This document shows positions 38,481 through 50,349 of a stretch of DNA of 64,000 nt, piece by piece (the stretch's first letter is position 1; each line of letters begins with the position of its first letter). Under the pieces are notes generated by a model, which saw nothing but the letters and a program-made list of their open reading frames with translations, did no database searches and was not told the DNA's origin. The position numbers and the translations under genes are program-made. This DNA is from Eledone cirrhosa (lineage: Eukaryota), in contig OZ024742.1 in assembly GCA_964016885.1 (NCBI GenBank), positions 346,456,001 through 346,520,000 of the forward strand. The letters are read 5' to 3'.

Positions 38481-41400
38481 TAGTTGGAGGTGGAGGGTAA
38501 GTTAGTTGGAGATGGAGGGTAAGTTAGTTGGAGGTGGAGGGTAGGTTAGTTGGAGGTGGAGGGTAATTTAGTTGGAGGTGGAGGGTAAGCTAGTTGGAGG
38601 TTGAGGGTAAACTAGTTGGAGCTGGAGGGTAAGTTAGTTGGATGGAGGGTAAGTGAGTTGGATATGAAGGGTAAGTTAGTTGGACATGGAGGGTAGGTTA
38701 GTTGGAGGTGGAGGGTAAGCTAGTTGGAGGTGGAGGGTAAGTTAGTTGGAATTGGAGGGTAAGTTAGTTGGAGGTGGACGGTAGGTTAGTTGGAGGTGGA
38801 GGGTATGTTAGTTGGAGGTGGAGGGTAAGTTAGTTGGAAGTGGAGGGTAAGCTAGTTGGAGGTTGAGGGTAAGTTAGTTAGAGGTGGAGGGTAAGTTAGT
38901 TGGAGGGGGACGGTAGGCTATTTGGAGGTGGAGGGTAAGCTAGTTGGAGGTGGAGGGTAAGCTTGTTGGAGGTTGAGGGTAAGTTAGTTGGAAGTGGAGG
39001 GTAAGCTAGTTTGAGGTGGAGGGTAAGCTAGTTGGAAGTTAAGGGTAAGTTAGTTGGAAGTGGAGGGTAAGCTAGTTGGAGGTGGAGGGTAAACTAGTTG
39101 GAGGTGGGGGGGTAAGTTAGTTGGAGGTGGAGGGTAATCTAGTTGGAGATGGAGGGTAAGTTAGTTGGAGGTGGAGGGTAAGCTAGTTGGAGATGGAGGG
39201 TAAGCTAGTTGGAGTAGGAGGGTAATTTAGTTGGAGGTGGAGGGTAAGTTAGTTGGAGAAGGAGGGTAGGTTAGTTGAAGCTGGAGGGTAAGTTAGTTGG
39301 GAGTGAGGATAAGTTAGTTGGAGGTGGCGGGTAAGCTAGTTGGAGGTGGAAGGTAAGTTAGTTGCAAGTGGAGGGTAAGCTAGTTGAAGATGGACGGTAA
39401 GTTAGTTGGAGGTGGAGGGTAAGGTAGTTGGAGGTGGAGGGCAGGCTAGTTGGGGGGTAAGCTAGTTGGAGTAGGAGGGTAAGTTAGTAGGAGGTGAAGG
39501 GTATGTTAGTTGGAGGTGGAGTGTAAGCTAGTTGGAGGTGGAGGGTAAGTTAGTTGGAAGTGGAGGGTAAGCTAGTTGGAGGTGGAGGGTAAACTAGTTG
39601 GAGGTGGGGGGGTAAGTTAGTTGGAGGTGGAGGGTAAGCTAGTTGGAGATGGAGGGTAAGTTAGTTGGAGGTGGAGGGTAAGCTAGTTGGAGATGGAGGG
39701 GAAGCTAGTTGGAGTAGGAGGGTAATTTAGTTGGAGGTGGAGGGTAAGTTAGTTGGAGAAGGAGGGTAGGTTAGTTGAAGCTGGAGGGTAAGTTAGTTGG
39801 GAGTGAGGATAAGTTAGTTGGAGGTGGCGGGTAAGCTAGTTGGAGGTGGAGGGTAAGTTAGTTGCAAGTGGAGGGTAAGCTAGTTGGAGATGGACGGTAA
39901 GTTAGTTGGAGGTGGAGGGTAAGGTAGTTGGAGGTGGAGGGCAGGCTAGTTGGGGGGTAAGCTAGTTGGAGTAGGAGGGTAAGTTAGTTGGAGGTGAAGG
40001 GTATGTTAGTTGGAGGTGGAGTGTAAGCTAGTTGGAGGTGGAGGGTAAGTTAGTTGGAAGTGGAGGGTAAGCTAGTTGGAGGTGGAGGGTAAACTAGTTG
40101 GAGGTGGGGGGGTAAGTTAGTTGGAGGTGGAGGGTAAGCTAGTTGGAGATGGAAGGTAAGTTAGTTGGAGGTGGAGGGTAAGTTAGTTGGAGATGGAGGG
40201 TAAGTTAGTTGGAGGTGGAGGGTAGGTTAGTTGGAGGTGGAGGGTAATTTAGTTGGAGGTGGAGGGTAAGCTAGTTGGAGGTTGAGGGTAAACTAGTTGG
40301 AGCTGGAGGGTAAGTTAGTTGGATGGAGGGTAAGTGAGTTGGATATGAAGGGTAAGTTAGTTGGACATGGAGGGTAGGTTAGTTGGAGGTGGAGGGTAAG
40401 CTAGTTGGAGGTGGAGGGTAAGTTAGTTGGAATTGGAGGGTAAGTTAGTTGGAGGTGGACGGTAGGTTAGTTGGAGGTGGAGGGTATGTTAGTTGGAGGT
40501 GGAGGGTAAGTTAGTTGGAAGTGGAGGGTAAGCTAGTTGGAGGTTGAGGGTAAGTTAGTTGGGGTGGAAGATAGGTTCGTTGGAGGTGGAGGGTAAGCTA
40601 GTTGGAGGTGGAGGGTAAGTTAGTTGGAGGTGGAGGGTAAGTTAGTTGGAATTGGAGGGTAAGCTAGTTGGAAGTGGAGGGTAAACTATTTGGAGGTGGA
40701 GGGTAAGTTAGTTGGAAGTGGAGGGTAAGCTAGTTGGAGATGGAGGGTAAGTTAGTTGGAGGTGGAGGGTAAGTTAGTTGGATGTGGAGGGTAAGTTATT
40801 TGGAGGTGGAGGGTAAGCTAGTTGGATGTGCAGGGTAAGTTAGTTGGAGGTGGAAGGTAGGTTAGTTGTAGGTGGAGGGTAAGTTGGTTGGAGGTGGAGG
40901 GTAAGCTAGTTGGAGGTGGAGGGTAAGCTAGTTGGAGGTGGAGGGTAAATTAGTTGGGGTGGAGGATAGGTTATTTGGAGATGGAGGGTAAGTTAGTTGG
41001 GGTCGGAGGGTAAGCTAGTTGGAGGTGGAGGGTAAGCTAGTTGGAGGTGGAGGGTAAGCTAGTTGGAGTAGGAGGGTAATTTAGTTGGAGGTGGAGGGTA
41101 AGTTAGTTGGAGAAGGAGGGTAGGTTAGTTGAAGCTGGAGGGTAAGTTAGTTGGGAGTGAGGATAAGTTAGTTGGAGGTGGCGGGTAAGCTAGTTGTAGG
41201 TGGAGGGTAAGTTAGTTGCAAGTGGAGGGTAAGCTAGTTGGAGATGGACGGTAAGTTAGTTGGAGGTGGAGGGTAAGGTAGTTGGAGGTGGAGGGCAGGC
41301 TAGTTGGGGGGTAAGCTAGTTGGAGTAGGAGCGTAAGTTAGTTGGAGGTGAAGGGTAGGTTAGTGGAGGTGGAGTGTAAGCTAGTTGGTGGTGGAGGGTA

Positions 41401-43050
41401 AGTTAGTTGGAGGTGTATGGTAAGTTAGTTTGAGGTGGAGGGTAAGCTATTTGGAGGTGGAGGGAAAGTTAGTTGGAGGTGGAGGGTAAGTTAGTTGGAT
41501 GTGGAGGGTAAGTTATTTGGAGGTGGAGGGTAAGCTAGTTGGATGTGCAGGGTAAGTTAGTTGGAGGTGGAAGGTAGGTTAGTTGGAGGTGGAGGGTAAG
41601 TTAGTTGGTGGGGAGGGTGAGCTAGTTGGAGGTGGAGGGTAAGTTAGTTGGTGGTGGAGGGTAAATTAGTTGGCGTGGAGGATAATTTAGTTGGAGGTGG
41701 AGGGTAAGTTAGTTGGGGGTGGGGGGTAAGCTAGTTGGAGGTGGAGGGTAAGTTAGTTAGAGGTGGAGGGTAAGTTAGTTGGAGGGGGACGGTAGGCTAT
41801 TTGGAGGTGGAGGGTAAGCTAGTTGGAGGTGGAGGGTAAGCTTGTTGGAGGTTGAGGGTAAGTTAGTTGGAAGTGGAGGGTAAGCTAGTTTGAGGTGGAG
41901 GGTAAGCTAGTTGGAAGTTAAGGGTAAGTTAGTTGGAAGTGGAGGGTAAGCTAGTTGGAGGTGGAGGGTAAACTAGTTGGAGGTGGGGGGGTAAGTTAGT
42001 TGGAGGTGGAGGGTAATCTAGTTGGAGATGGAGGGTAAGTTAGTTGGAGGTGGAGGGTAAGCTAGTTGGAGATGGAGGGTAAGCTAGTTGGAGTAGGAGG
42101 GTAATTTAGTTGGAGGTGGAGGGTAAGTTAGTTGGAGAAGGAGGGTAGGTTAGTTGAAGCTGGAGGGTAAGTTAGTTGGGAGTGAGGATAAGTTAGTTGG
42201 AGGTGGCGGGTAAGCTAGTTGGAGGTGGAAGGTAAGTTAGTTGCAAGTGGAGGGTAAGCTAGTTGAAGATGGACGGTAAGTTAGTTGGAGGTGGAGGGTA
42301 AGGTAGTTGGAGGTGGAGGGCAGGCTAGTTGGGGGGTAAGCTAGTTGGAGTAGGAGGGTAAGTTAGTAGGAGGTGAAGGGTATGTTAGTTGGAGGTGGAG
42401 TGTAAGCTAGTTGGAGGTGGAGGGTAAGTTAGTTGGAAGTGGAGGGTAAGCTAGTTGGAGGTGGAGGGTAAACTAGTTGGAGGTGGGGGGGTAAGTTAGT
42501 TGGAGGTGGAGGGTAAGCTAGTTGGAGATGGAGGGTAAGTTAGTTGGAGGTGGAGGGTAAGCTAGTTGGAGATGGAGGGGAAGCTAGTTGGAGTAGGAGG
42601 GTAATTTAGTTGGAGGTGGAGGGTAAGTTAGTTGGAGAAGGAGGGTAGGTTAGTTGAAGCTGGAGGGTAAGTTAGTTGGGAGTGAGGATAAGTTAGTTGG
42701 AGGTGGCGGGTAAGCTAGTTGGAGGTGGAGGGTAAGTTAGTTGCAAGTGGAGGGTAAGCTAGTTGGAGATGGACGGTAAGTTAGTTGGAGGTGGAGGGTA
42801 AGGTAGTTGGAGGTGGAGGGCAGGCTAGTTGGGGGGTAAGCTAGTTGGAGTAGGAGGGTAAGTTAGTTGGAGGTGAAGGGTATGTTAGTTGGAGGTGGAG
42901 TGTAAGCTAGTTGGAGGTGGAGGGTAAGTTAGTTGGAAGTGGAGGGTAAGCTAGTTGGAGGTGGAGGGTAAACTAGTTGGAGGTGGGGGGGTAAGTTAGT
43001 TGGAGGTGGAGGGTAAGCTAGTTGGAGATGGAAGGTAAGTTAGTTGGAGG
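35630..43050 (+). repeat. Near-identical nested duplications, offsets 4560 and 1681 bp
   Basis: Lines 36001-38460 match 40561-43020 almost base for base (one difference seen, taatctag vs taagctag at ~36345/40905). The stretch ~37200-38870 matches ~38880-40550 (marker gggggaCgg at 37230/38911). Confidence 0.9.
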
Positions 43051-46000
43051 TGGAGGGTAAGCTAGATGGAGATGGAGGGTAAGCTAGTTGGAGTAGGAGG
43101 GTAATTTAGTTGGAGGTGGAGGGTAAGTTAGTTGGAGAAGGAGGGTAGGTTAGTTGAAGCTGGAGGGTAAGTTAGTTGGGAGTGAGGATAAGTTAGTTGG
43201 AGGTGGCGGGCAAGCTAGTTGGAGGTGGAGGGTAAGTTAGTTGCAAGTGGAGGGTAAGCTAGTTGGAGATGGACGGTAAGTTATTTGGAGGTGGAGGGTA
43301 AGGTAGTTGGATGTGGAGGGCAGGCTAGTTGGGGGGTAAGCTAGTTGGAGTAGGAGGGTAAGTTAGTTGGAGGTGAAGGGTATGTTAGTTGGAGGTGGAG
43401 TGTAAGCTAGTTGGAGGTGGAGGGCAAGTTAGTTGGAGGGTAAGCTAGTTGGAGTAGGAGGGTAAGTTAGTTGGAGGTGGTGGGTAAGTTATTTGGAGGT
43501 GGAGGGTAGGTTAGTTGGAGGTAGAGGGTAATTTAGTTGGAGGTGGAGGGTAAGCTAGTTGGAGGTTGAGGGTAAACTAGTTGGAGGTGGAGGGTAAGTT
43601 AGTTGGAAGTGGAGGGTAAGGTAGTTGGAGGTGGAGGGTAATTTAGTTGGAAGTGGAGGGTAAGTTAGTTGGATGTGGAGGATAAGTTAGTTGGAGGTGG
43701 AGGGTAAGCTAGTTGGAGGTGCAGGGTAAGTTAGTTGGAGGTGGGGGGTAGGTTAGTTGGAAGTGGAGGGTAAGCTAGTTGGAGGTGGAGGGTAAATTAG
43801 TTGAAGGTGGAGGGTAAGTTAGTTGGAGGTGGAGGGTAAGCTGGTTGGAGATGGCGGGTAAGTTAGTTGGATGTGGAGGCTCAGTTAGTGGAGGTGGAGG
43901 ATAGGTTAGTTGGAGGTGGAGGGTAGGTTAGTTGAAGCTGGAGGGTAATTTAGTTGGGAGTGAGGATAAGTTAGTTGGAGGTGGAGGGTGAGCTAGTTGG
44001 AGGTAGGGGGGTAAGTTAGTTGGAGGTGGAGGGTAAGCTAGTTGGAGATGGAGGGTAAGTTAGTTGGAGGAGGAGGGTAAGCTAGTTGGAGATGGAGGGT
44101 AAGTTTTTTGGAGGTGGAGGGTAAGCTAGTTGGAGGGTAAGCTAGTTGGAGTAGGAGGGTAAGTTAGTTGGAGGTGGAGGGTAAGTTAGTTGGAGGTGGA
44201 GGGTAGGTTAGTTGGAGGTGGAGGGTAATTTAGTTGGAGGTGGAGGGTAAGCTAGTTGGAGGTTGAGGGTAAACTAGTTGGAGCTGGAGGGTAAGTTAGT
44301 TGGATGGAGGGTAAGTGAGTTGGATATGAAGGGTAAGTTAGTTGGACATGGAGGGTAGGTTAGTTGGAGGTGGAGGGTAAGCTAGTTGGAGGTGGAGGGT
44401 AAGTTAGTTGGAAGTGGAGGGTAAGTTAGTTGGAGGTGGACGGTAGGTTAGTTGGAGGTGGAGGGTATGTTAGTTGGAGGTGGAGGGTAAGTTAGTTGGA
44501 AGTGGAGGGTAAGCTAGTTGGAGGTTGAGGGTAAGTTAGTTGGGGTGGAAGATAGGTTCGTTGGAGGTCGAGGGTAAGCTAGTTGGAGGTGGAGGGTAAG
44601 TTAGTTGGAGGTGGAGGGTAAGTTAGTTGGAAGTGGAGGGTAAGCTAGTTGGAAGTGGAGGGTAAACTATTTGGAGGTGGAGGGTAAGTTAGTTGGAAGT
44701 GGAGGGTAAGCTAGTTGGAGATGGAGGGTAAGTTAGTTGGAGGTGGAGGGTAAGTTAGTTGGATGTGGAGGGTAAGTTATTTGGAGGTGGAGGGTAAGCT
44801 AGTTGGATGTGCAGGGTAAGTTAGTTGGAGGTGGAAGGTAGGTTAGTTGTAGGTGGAGGGTAAGTTGGTTGGAGATGGAGGGTAAGCTAGTTGGAGGTGG
44901 AGGGTAAGCTAGTTGGAGGTGGAGGGTAAATTAGTTGGGGTGGAGGATAGGTTATTTGGAGATGGAGGGTAAGTTAGTTGGGGTCGGAGGGTAAGCTAGT
45001 TGGAGGTGGAGGGTAAGCTAGGTGGAGGGTAAGCTAGTTGGAGTAGGAGGGTAATTTAGTTGGAGGTATAGGGTAAGTTAGTTGGAGAAGGAGGGTAGGT
45101 TAGTTGAAGCTGGAGGGTAAGTTAGTTGGGAGTGAGGATAAGTTAGTTGGAGGTGGCGGGGAAGCTAGTTGTAGGTGGAGGGTAAGTTAGTTGCAAGTGG
45201 AGGGTAAGCTAGTTGGAGATGGACGGTAAGTTAGTTGGAGGTGGAGGGTAAGGTAGTTGGAGGTGGAGGGCAGGCTAGTTGGGGGGTAAGCTAGTTGGAG
45301 TAGGAGCGTAAGTTAGTTGGAGGTGAAGGGTAGGTTAGTGGAGGTGGAGTGTAAGCTAGTTGGTGGTGGAGGGTAAGTTAGTTGGAGGTGTATGGTAAGT
45401 TAGTTTGAGGTGGAGGGTAAGCTATTTGGAGGATGAGGGAAAGTTAGTTGGAGGTGGAGGGTAAGTTAGTTGGATGTGGAGGGTAAGTTATTTGGAGGTG
45501 GAGGGTAAGCTAGTTGGATGTGCAGGGTAAGTTAGTTGGAGGTGGAAGGTAGGTTAGTTGGAGGTGGAGGGTAAGTTAGTTGGTGGGGAGGGTGAGCTAG
45601 TTGGAGGTGGAGGGTAAGTTAGTTGGTGGTGGAGGGTAAATTAGTTGGCGTGGAGGGTAATTTAGTTGGAGGTGGAGGGTAAGTTAGTTGGGGGTGGGGG
45701 GTAAGCCAGTTGGAGGTGGAGGGTAAGTTAGTTAGAGGTGGAGGGTAAGTTAGTTGGAGGGGGACGGTAGGCTATTTGGAGGTGGAGGGTAAGCTAGTTG
45801 GAGGTGGAGGGTAAGCTTGTTGGAGGTTGAGGGTAAGTTAGTTGGAAGTGGAGGGTAAGCTAGTTTGAGGTGGAGGGTAAGCTAGTTGGAAGTTGAGGGT
45901 AAGTTAGTTGGAAGTGGAGGGTAAGCTAGTTGGAGGTGGAGGGTAAACTAGTTGGAGGTGGGGGGGTAAGTTAGTTGGAGGTGGAGGGTAATCTAGTTGG

Positions 46001-49000
46001 AGATGGAGGGTAAGTTAGTTGGAGGTGGAGGGTAAGCTAGTTGGAGATGGAGGGTAAGCTAGTTGGAGTAGGAGGGTAATTTAGTTGGAGGTGGAGGGTA
46101 AGTTAGTTGGAGAACGAGGGTAGGTTAGTTGAAGCTGGAGGGTAAGTTAGTTGGGAGTGAGGATAAGTTAGTTGGAGGTGGCGGGTAAGCTAGTTGGAGG
46201 TGGAAGGTAAGTTAGTTGCAAGTGGAGGGTAAGCTAGTTGAAGATGGACGGTAAGTTAGTTGGAGGTGGAGGGTAAGGTAGTTGGAGGTGGAGGGCAGGC
46301 TAGTTGGGGGGTAAGCTAGTTGGAGTAGGAGGGTAAGTTAGTAGGAGGTGAAGGGTATGTTAGTTGGAGGTGGAGTGTAAGCTAGTTGGAGGTGGAGGGT
46401 AAGTTAGTTGGAAGTGGAGGGTAAGCTAGTTGGAGGTGGAGGGTAAACTAGTTGGAGGTGGGGGGGTAAGTTAGTTGGAGGTGGAGGGTAAGCTAGTTGG
46501 AGATGGAGGGTAAGTTAGTTGGAGGTGGAGGGTAAGCTAGTTGGAGATGGAGGGGAAGCTAGTTGGAGTAGGAGGGTAATTTAGTTGGAGGTGGAGGGTA
46601 AGTTAGTTGGAGAAGGAGGGTAGGTTAGTTGAAGCTGGAGGGTAAGTTAGTTGGGAGTGAGGATAAGTTAGTTGGAGAAGGCGGGTAAGCTAGTTAGAGA
46701 TGGAGGGTAAGTTAGTTGCAAGTGGAGGGTAAGCTAGTTGGAGATGGACGGTAAGTTAGTTGGAGGTGGAGGGTAAGGTAGTTGGAGGTGGAGGGCAGGC
46801 TAGTTGGGGGGTAAGCTAGTTGGAGTAGGAGGGTAAGTTAGTTGGAGGTGAAGGGGATGTTAGTTGGAAGTGGAGTGTAAGCTAGTTGGAGGTGGAGGGT
46901 AAGTTAGTTGGAGGGTAAGCTAGTTGGAGTAGGAGGGTAAGTTAGTTGGAGGTGGTGGGTAAGTTAGTTGGAGGTGGAGGGTAGGTTAGTTGGAGGTGGA
47001 GGGTAATTTAGTTGGAGGTGGAGGGTAAGCTAGTTGGAGGTTGAGGGTAAACTAGTTGGAGGTGGAGGGTAAGTTAGTTGGAAGTGGAAGGTAAGGTAGT
47101 TGGAGGTGGAGGGTAAGTTAGTTGGAGGTGGAGGGTAAGCTAGTTGGAGATGGAGGGTAAGTTAGTTGGAGGTGGAGGGTAGGTTAGTTGGAGGTGGAGG
47201 GTAATTTAGTTGGAGGTGGAGGGTAAGCTAGTTGGAGGTTGAGGGTAAACTAGTTGGAGGTGGAGGGTAAGTTAGTTGGATGGAGGGTAAGTGAGTTGGA
47301 TATGAAGGGTAATTTAGTTGGACATGGAGGGTAGGTTATTTGGAGGTGGAGGGTAAGCTAGTTGGAGGTGGAGGGTAAGTTAGTTGGAAGTGGAGGGTAA
47401 GTTAGTTGGAGGTGGACGGTAGGTTAGTTGGAGGTGGAGGGTATGTTAGTTGGAGGTGGAGGGTAAGTTAGTTGGAAGTGGAGGGTAAGCTAGTTGGAGG
47501 TTGAGGGTAAGTTAGTTGGGGTGGAAGATAGGTTAGTTGGAGGTGGAGGGTAAGCTAGTTGGAGGTGGAGGGTAAGTTAGTTGGAGGTGGAGGGTAAGTT
47601 AGTTGGAAGTGGAGGGTAAGCTAGTTGGAAGTGGAAGGTAAACTATTTGGAGGTGGAGGGTAAGTTACTTGGAAGTGGAGGGTAAGCTAGTTGGAGATGG
47701 AGGGTAAGTTAGTTGGAGGTGGAGGGTAAGTTAGTTGGATGTGGAGGGTAAGTTATTTGGAGGTGGAGGGTAAGCTAGTTGGATGTGCAGGGTAAGTTAG
47801 TTGGAGGTGGAAGGTAGGTTAGTTGGAGGTGGAGGGTAAGTTGGTTGGAGGTGGAGGGTAAGCTAGTTGGAGGTGGAGGGTAAGCTAGTTGGAGGTGGAG
47901 GGTAAATTAGTTGGGGTGGAGGATAGGTTATTTGGAGATGGAGGGTAAGTTAGTTGGGATCGGAGCGTAAGCTAGTTGGAGGTGGAGGGTAAGCTAGTTG
48001 GAGGTGGAGGGTAAGCTAGTTGGAGTAGGAGGGTAATTTAGTTGGAGGTGGAGGGTAAATTAGTTGGAGAAGGAGGGTAGGTTAGTTGAAGCTGGAGGGT
48101 AAGTTAGTTGGGAGTGAGGATAAGTTAGTTGGAGGTGGCGGGTAAGCTAGTTGTAGGTGGAGGGTAAGTTAGTTGCAAGTGGAGGGTAAGCTAGTTGGAG
48201 ATGGACGGTAAGTTAGTTAGAGGTGGAGGGTAAGGTAGTTGGAGGTGGAGGGCAGGCTAGTTGGGGGGTAAGCTAGTTTGAGTAGGAGCGTAAGTTAGTT
48301 GGAGTTGAAGGGTAGGTTAGTTGGAGGTGGAGTGTAAGCTAGTTGGTGGTGGAGGGTAAGTTAGTTGGAGATGTATGGTAAGTTAGTTTGAGGTGGAGGG
48401 TAAGCTATTTGGAGGTGGAGGGTAAGTTAGTTGGAGGTGGAGGGTAAGTTAGTTGGAGGTGGAGGGTAGGTTAGTTGGAGGTGGAGGGTAAGTTAGTTGG
48501 TGGAGAGGGTGAGCTAGTTGGATGTGGAGGGTAAGTTAGTTGGAGGTGGAGAGTAAATTAGTTGGCGTGGAGGATAATTTAGTTGGAGGTGGAGGGTAAG
48601 TTAGTTGCGGGTGGGGGGTAAGCTAGTTGGAGGTGGAGGGTAAGTTAGTTAGAGGTGGAGGGTAAGTTAGTTGGAGGGGGACGGTAGGCTATTTGGAGGT
48701 GGAGGGTAAGCTAGTTGGAGGTGGAGGGTAAGCTTGTTGGAGGTTGAGGGTAAGTTAGTTGGAAGTGGAGGGTAAGCTAATTTGAGGTGGAGGGTAAGCT
48801 AGTTGGAAGTTGAGGGTAAGTTAGTTGGAGGTGGTGGGTAAGTTAGTTGGAGGTGGAGGGTAGGTTAGTTGGAGGTGGAGGGTAATTTAGTTGGAGGTGG
48901 AGGGTAAGCTAGTTGGAGGTTGAGGGTAAACTAGTTGGAGGTGGAGGGTAAGTTAGTTGGAAGTGGAGGGTAAGGTAGTTGGAGGTGGAGGGTAAGTTAG

Positions 49001-50349
49001 TTGGAAGTGGAGGGTAAGCTAGTTGGAGATGGAGGGTAAGTTAGTTGGAGGTGGAGGGTAAGTTAGTTGGATGTGGAGGGTAAGTTATTTGGAGGTGGAG
49101 GGTAAGCTAGTTGGATGTGCAGGGTAAGTTAGTTGGAGGTGGAAGGTAGGTTAGTTGGAGGTGGAGGGTAAGTTGGTTGGAGGTGGAGGGTAAGCTAGTT
49201 GGAGGTGGAGGGTAAGCTAGTTGGAGGTGGAGGGTAAATTAGTTGGGGTGGAGGATAGGTTATTTGGAGATGGAGGGTAAGTTAGTTGGGGTCGGAGGGT
49301 AAGCTAGTTGGAGTAGGAGGGTAATTTAGTTGGAGGTGGAGGGTAAGTTAGTTGGAGAAGGAGGGTAGGTTAGTTGAAGCTGGAGGGTAAGTTAGTTGGG
49401 AGTGAGGATAAGTTAGTTGGAGGTGGCGGGTAAGCTAGTTGGAGGTGAAGGGTAAGTTAGTTGCAAGTGGAGGGTAAGCTAGTTGGAGATGGACGGTAAG
49501 TTAGTTGGAGGTGGAGGGTAAGGTAGTTGGAGGTGGAGGGCAGGCTAGTTGGGGGGTAAGCTAGTTGGAGTAGGAGCGTAAGTTAGTTGGAGGTGAAGGG
49601 TAGGTTAGTTGGACGTTGAGGGTAAACTAGTTGGAGGTGGAGGGTTAGTTAGTTGGAAGTGGAGGGTAAGGTAGTTGGAGGTGGAGGGTAAGTTAGTTGG
49701 AAGTGGAGGGTAAGCTAGTTGGAGATGGGGGGTAAGTTAGTTGGAGGTGGAGGGTAAGTTAGTTGGATGTGGAGGGTAAGTTATTTGGAGGTGGAGGGTA
49801 AGCTAGTTGGATGTGCAGGGTATGTTAGTTGGAGGTGGAGGGTAGGTTAGTTGGAGGTGGAGGGTAAGTTAGTTGGTGGGGAGGGTGAGCTAGTTGGAGG
49901 TGGAGGGTAAGTTAGTTGGAGGTGGAGGGTAAATTAGTTGGCGTGGAGGATAATTTAGTAGGAGGTGGAGGGTAAGTTAGTTGGGGGTGGGGGGTAAGCT
50001 AGTTGGAGGTGGAGGGTAAGTTAGTTAGAGGTGGAGGGTAAGTTAGTTGGAGGGGGACGGTAGGCTATTTGGAGGTGGAGGGTAAGCTAGTTGGAGGTGG
50101 AGGGTAAGCTTGTTGGAGGTTGAGGGTAAGTTAGTTGGAAGTGGAGTGTAAGCTAGTTTGAGGTGGAGGGTAAGCTAGTTGGAAGTTGAGCGTAAGTTAG
50201 TTGGAAGTTGAGGGTAAGCTAGTTGGAGGTGGAGGGTAAACTAGTTGGAGGTGGGGGGGTAAGTTAGTTGGAGGTGGAGGGTAAGCTAGTTGGAGATGGA
50301 GGGTAAGTTAGTTGGAGGTGGAGGGTAAGCTAGTTGGAGATGGAGGGTA

